From the NCBI RefSeq assembly GCF_006345805.1, contig NW_021828116.1:1-9051 (forward strand): 9,051 nucleotides of DNA. Reading direction: 5' to 3'. Source of the stretch: Octopus sinensis. Taxonomy: Eukaryota. Positions 7,477 to 9,051 of the stretch are shown here, in pieces. Under the pieces are notes generated by a model that ran no database searches, had not been told where the DNA came from, and worked only from the letters and a program-made list of their open reading frames with translations. A program made the translations under genes and the position numbers. Within the stretch, counting starts at the first letter, position 1, and each line of letters opens with the position of its first letter.

Positions 7477-7979
7477 TATCATCATCTCATCATCATCATC
7501 ATCATCATCATCATTATCATCATCATCGTCACCATCGTCATCATCATCATCATCATCATCATCATCGTCATCGTCATCGTCATCGTCATCATCATCATCA
7601 TCTTTATCATCATTCATCATCATCATCATCATTATTATTATTATATTATATTGTTATTATTATTGTTATTATTATTGTTATTATTTTATTGATCATTATT
7701 ATTATTATCATGATTATTATTATATTATATTATTATTATTATTATTATTATATTATTATTGATATTACTATTATTATTATGATTATTATTATTATTACTA
7801 TTACTATTATTTATTATTATATTATTATTACTATTCCTATTATGATTATTATTATTATTATTACTATTCCTATTATTATTATTATATTACTATTACTATT
7901 ATCATTATCATTATTATTGTTATTGTTGTTCTTCTTCTTATTGTTGTTGTTATTATCATTATCATTATCATTATTACTA
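7477..7979. repeat. About 500-bp trinucleotide tract, (CAT/CGT)n grading into (TAT/TGT/TAC/CTT)n
   Basis: Direct inspection. This tract is the source of the poly-H, S, I and D ORFs. Confidence 0.95.
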
Positions 7980-8420
7980 TGAAAGGCACAATAGCGTTTG
8001 TGTTTGTCTGCTTAATATCTTTTACGTTGTAGTGATATTAATTGTCTGTTCAATAAATATTTACGGCGTGACAGTATCTGTTTTCCATCTAACCTTTTAC
8101 GCCAGGAACATTTGTTGTTACTTCATTCACGTATGCTGTGTTCTTCTGATTGATTAGTATCACATTAGTATTTGTTTAGTATCCGTGTGTCTATCAATAT
8201 TAATAGAAACGTAAGTATTATTCAAATTAGTATACTTGCTTATACAATATTTTATTGATATTAGAGGTAGTATGGGTTTTTTTTTGTTTTGTATTGATAT
8301 TGATATTAGCATTAATATTTACACATACTTACAAATATATACCCAAGGCCAGACAATCAAACATTCGCCCTCATACACACAAACTCATACAAGCAAGCGC
8401 ACCCCCCCCACACATACATA

Positions 8421-8748
8421 TAGACTGCGGCCATGCGGGGCCCCACCTTGAAGCATTTTATCCGAATGAATCGAGCCAAACACTTCTTTTACTTTAAGTC
8501 TATCGGTTTCTTTTGTCAAACTGTTAATTTACGGGGTTCTAAACACTCCAATGCCATTAGATTCGCCCACACAAACACACAAATACGTCATCCTTTTTTG
8601 TAGTTTCCATGTACCAAATCCTCTCAGAAAGGTTTGGTCAACCTGAGACTATAGTAAAGGACACTTGCCCAATGTGTAATGCAGTGGGTCTGTACTCGGA
8701 ACCAAGTGGTTGGAAAGCAAGCTCCTTACCACACACCAACTCCTGCGC

Positions 8749-8750
<2 letters not shown>
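8421..8750 (-). mobile_element. Older copy of SINE family A, extreme 3' end missing
   Basis: Collinear with 924-1277: GACTGCGGCCATGC...CTATCGGT...TACCAAATCC...GACACTTGCCCAA...CTTACCACAC...CTCCTGCGCCT. Confidence 0.88.
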
Positions 8751-8807
<57 letters not shown>

Positions 8808-8822
8808 ATATATATATAATAT
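8751..8822. repeat. (CT)n then (TA)n microsatellite
   Basis: Direct inspection. Confidence 0.95.
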
Positions 8823-8997
8823 GGGAGAATTCACAAAACAAAACGACGAGACAGGTACCATAGACAGCAAACAGATGTATTAGTATAACGCTCGGGAAAT
8901 GAAAAACTCTTAACGTTTCTGCGAGCATAGGGCCTTCCACAGAAAGGAATACAGTAAGAAACAAGTAAAGAAAATAAAGAATGTGTAGTAGCTAGCG
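8821..8997 (-). mobile_element. Short interspersed element in (TA)n, probably a Penelope-like terminal repeat or retrozyme-like remnant
   Basis: About 177 bp bounded by (TA)n on both sides and containing a hammerhead-like motif. I recall similar GGGAGAAT...ACGTTTC...CTTC repeats from octopus DNA (unverified). Confidence 0.5.
8907..8947 (-). ncRNA. Degenerate minimal type I hammerhead ribozyme-like motif
   Basis: The minus strand reads CCUUU-CUGUGGA-AGGCCCUAUGCUCGCA-GAAAC-GUU-AAGAG: helix I, a CUGANGA-like core with one conserved-position mismatch, a damaged helix II, GAAA, the palindromic ACGU helix III and an NUH triplet. Confidence 0.4.
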
Positions 8998-9040
8998 ATA
9001 TTATAATATATATATATATATATAATATATCGATATTTAA
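8998..9040. repeat. Interrupted (TA)n microsatellite
   Basis: Direct inspection. Confidence 0.85.
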
Positions 9041-9051
9041 ATTAACGATCT

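Noticed and set aside
7150-7982. Poly-His, Ser, Ile and Asp ORFs up to 175 aa
   Set aside because: They are simple-repeat translations open in several frames, with no splice or start context.
8089-8216. Canonical-looking acceptor (AG 8104-8105) and GTAAGT donor (8211) bounding 105 bp
   Set aside because: There are stops in all three frames, and such sites are common in AT-rich DNA. A non-coding exon cannot be excluded.

Overview
AT-rich eukaryotic intronic or intergenic DNA, dominated by repeats. The repeat families are ones I recognise from Octopus (coleoid cephalopod) genomes; this is recall, not a database search. No host protein-coding gene is supported, and most ORFs in the supplied track are microsatellite or repeat artefacts. 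The window holds five pieces of one tRNA-derived SINE family (family A) in alternating orientation, a family B SINE with a 13-bp target-site duplication (TSD), and a family C SINE cluster: headless tandem units interrupted by an inverted copy with a perfect 16-bp TSD, plus an older copy elsewhere. It also holds a 5'-truncated, disabled RTE-clade LINE, a hAT-type MITE with an 8-bp TSD, a 223-bp foldback palindrome, a short element in (TA)n carrying a degenerate minimal hammerhead-like motif, many microsatellites, and one weak candidate exon. The most interesting signals are the family C junction and possible self-targeting behaviour, the foldback element and the hammerhead-like motif. Family labels A, B and C are my own.
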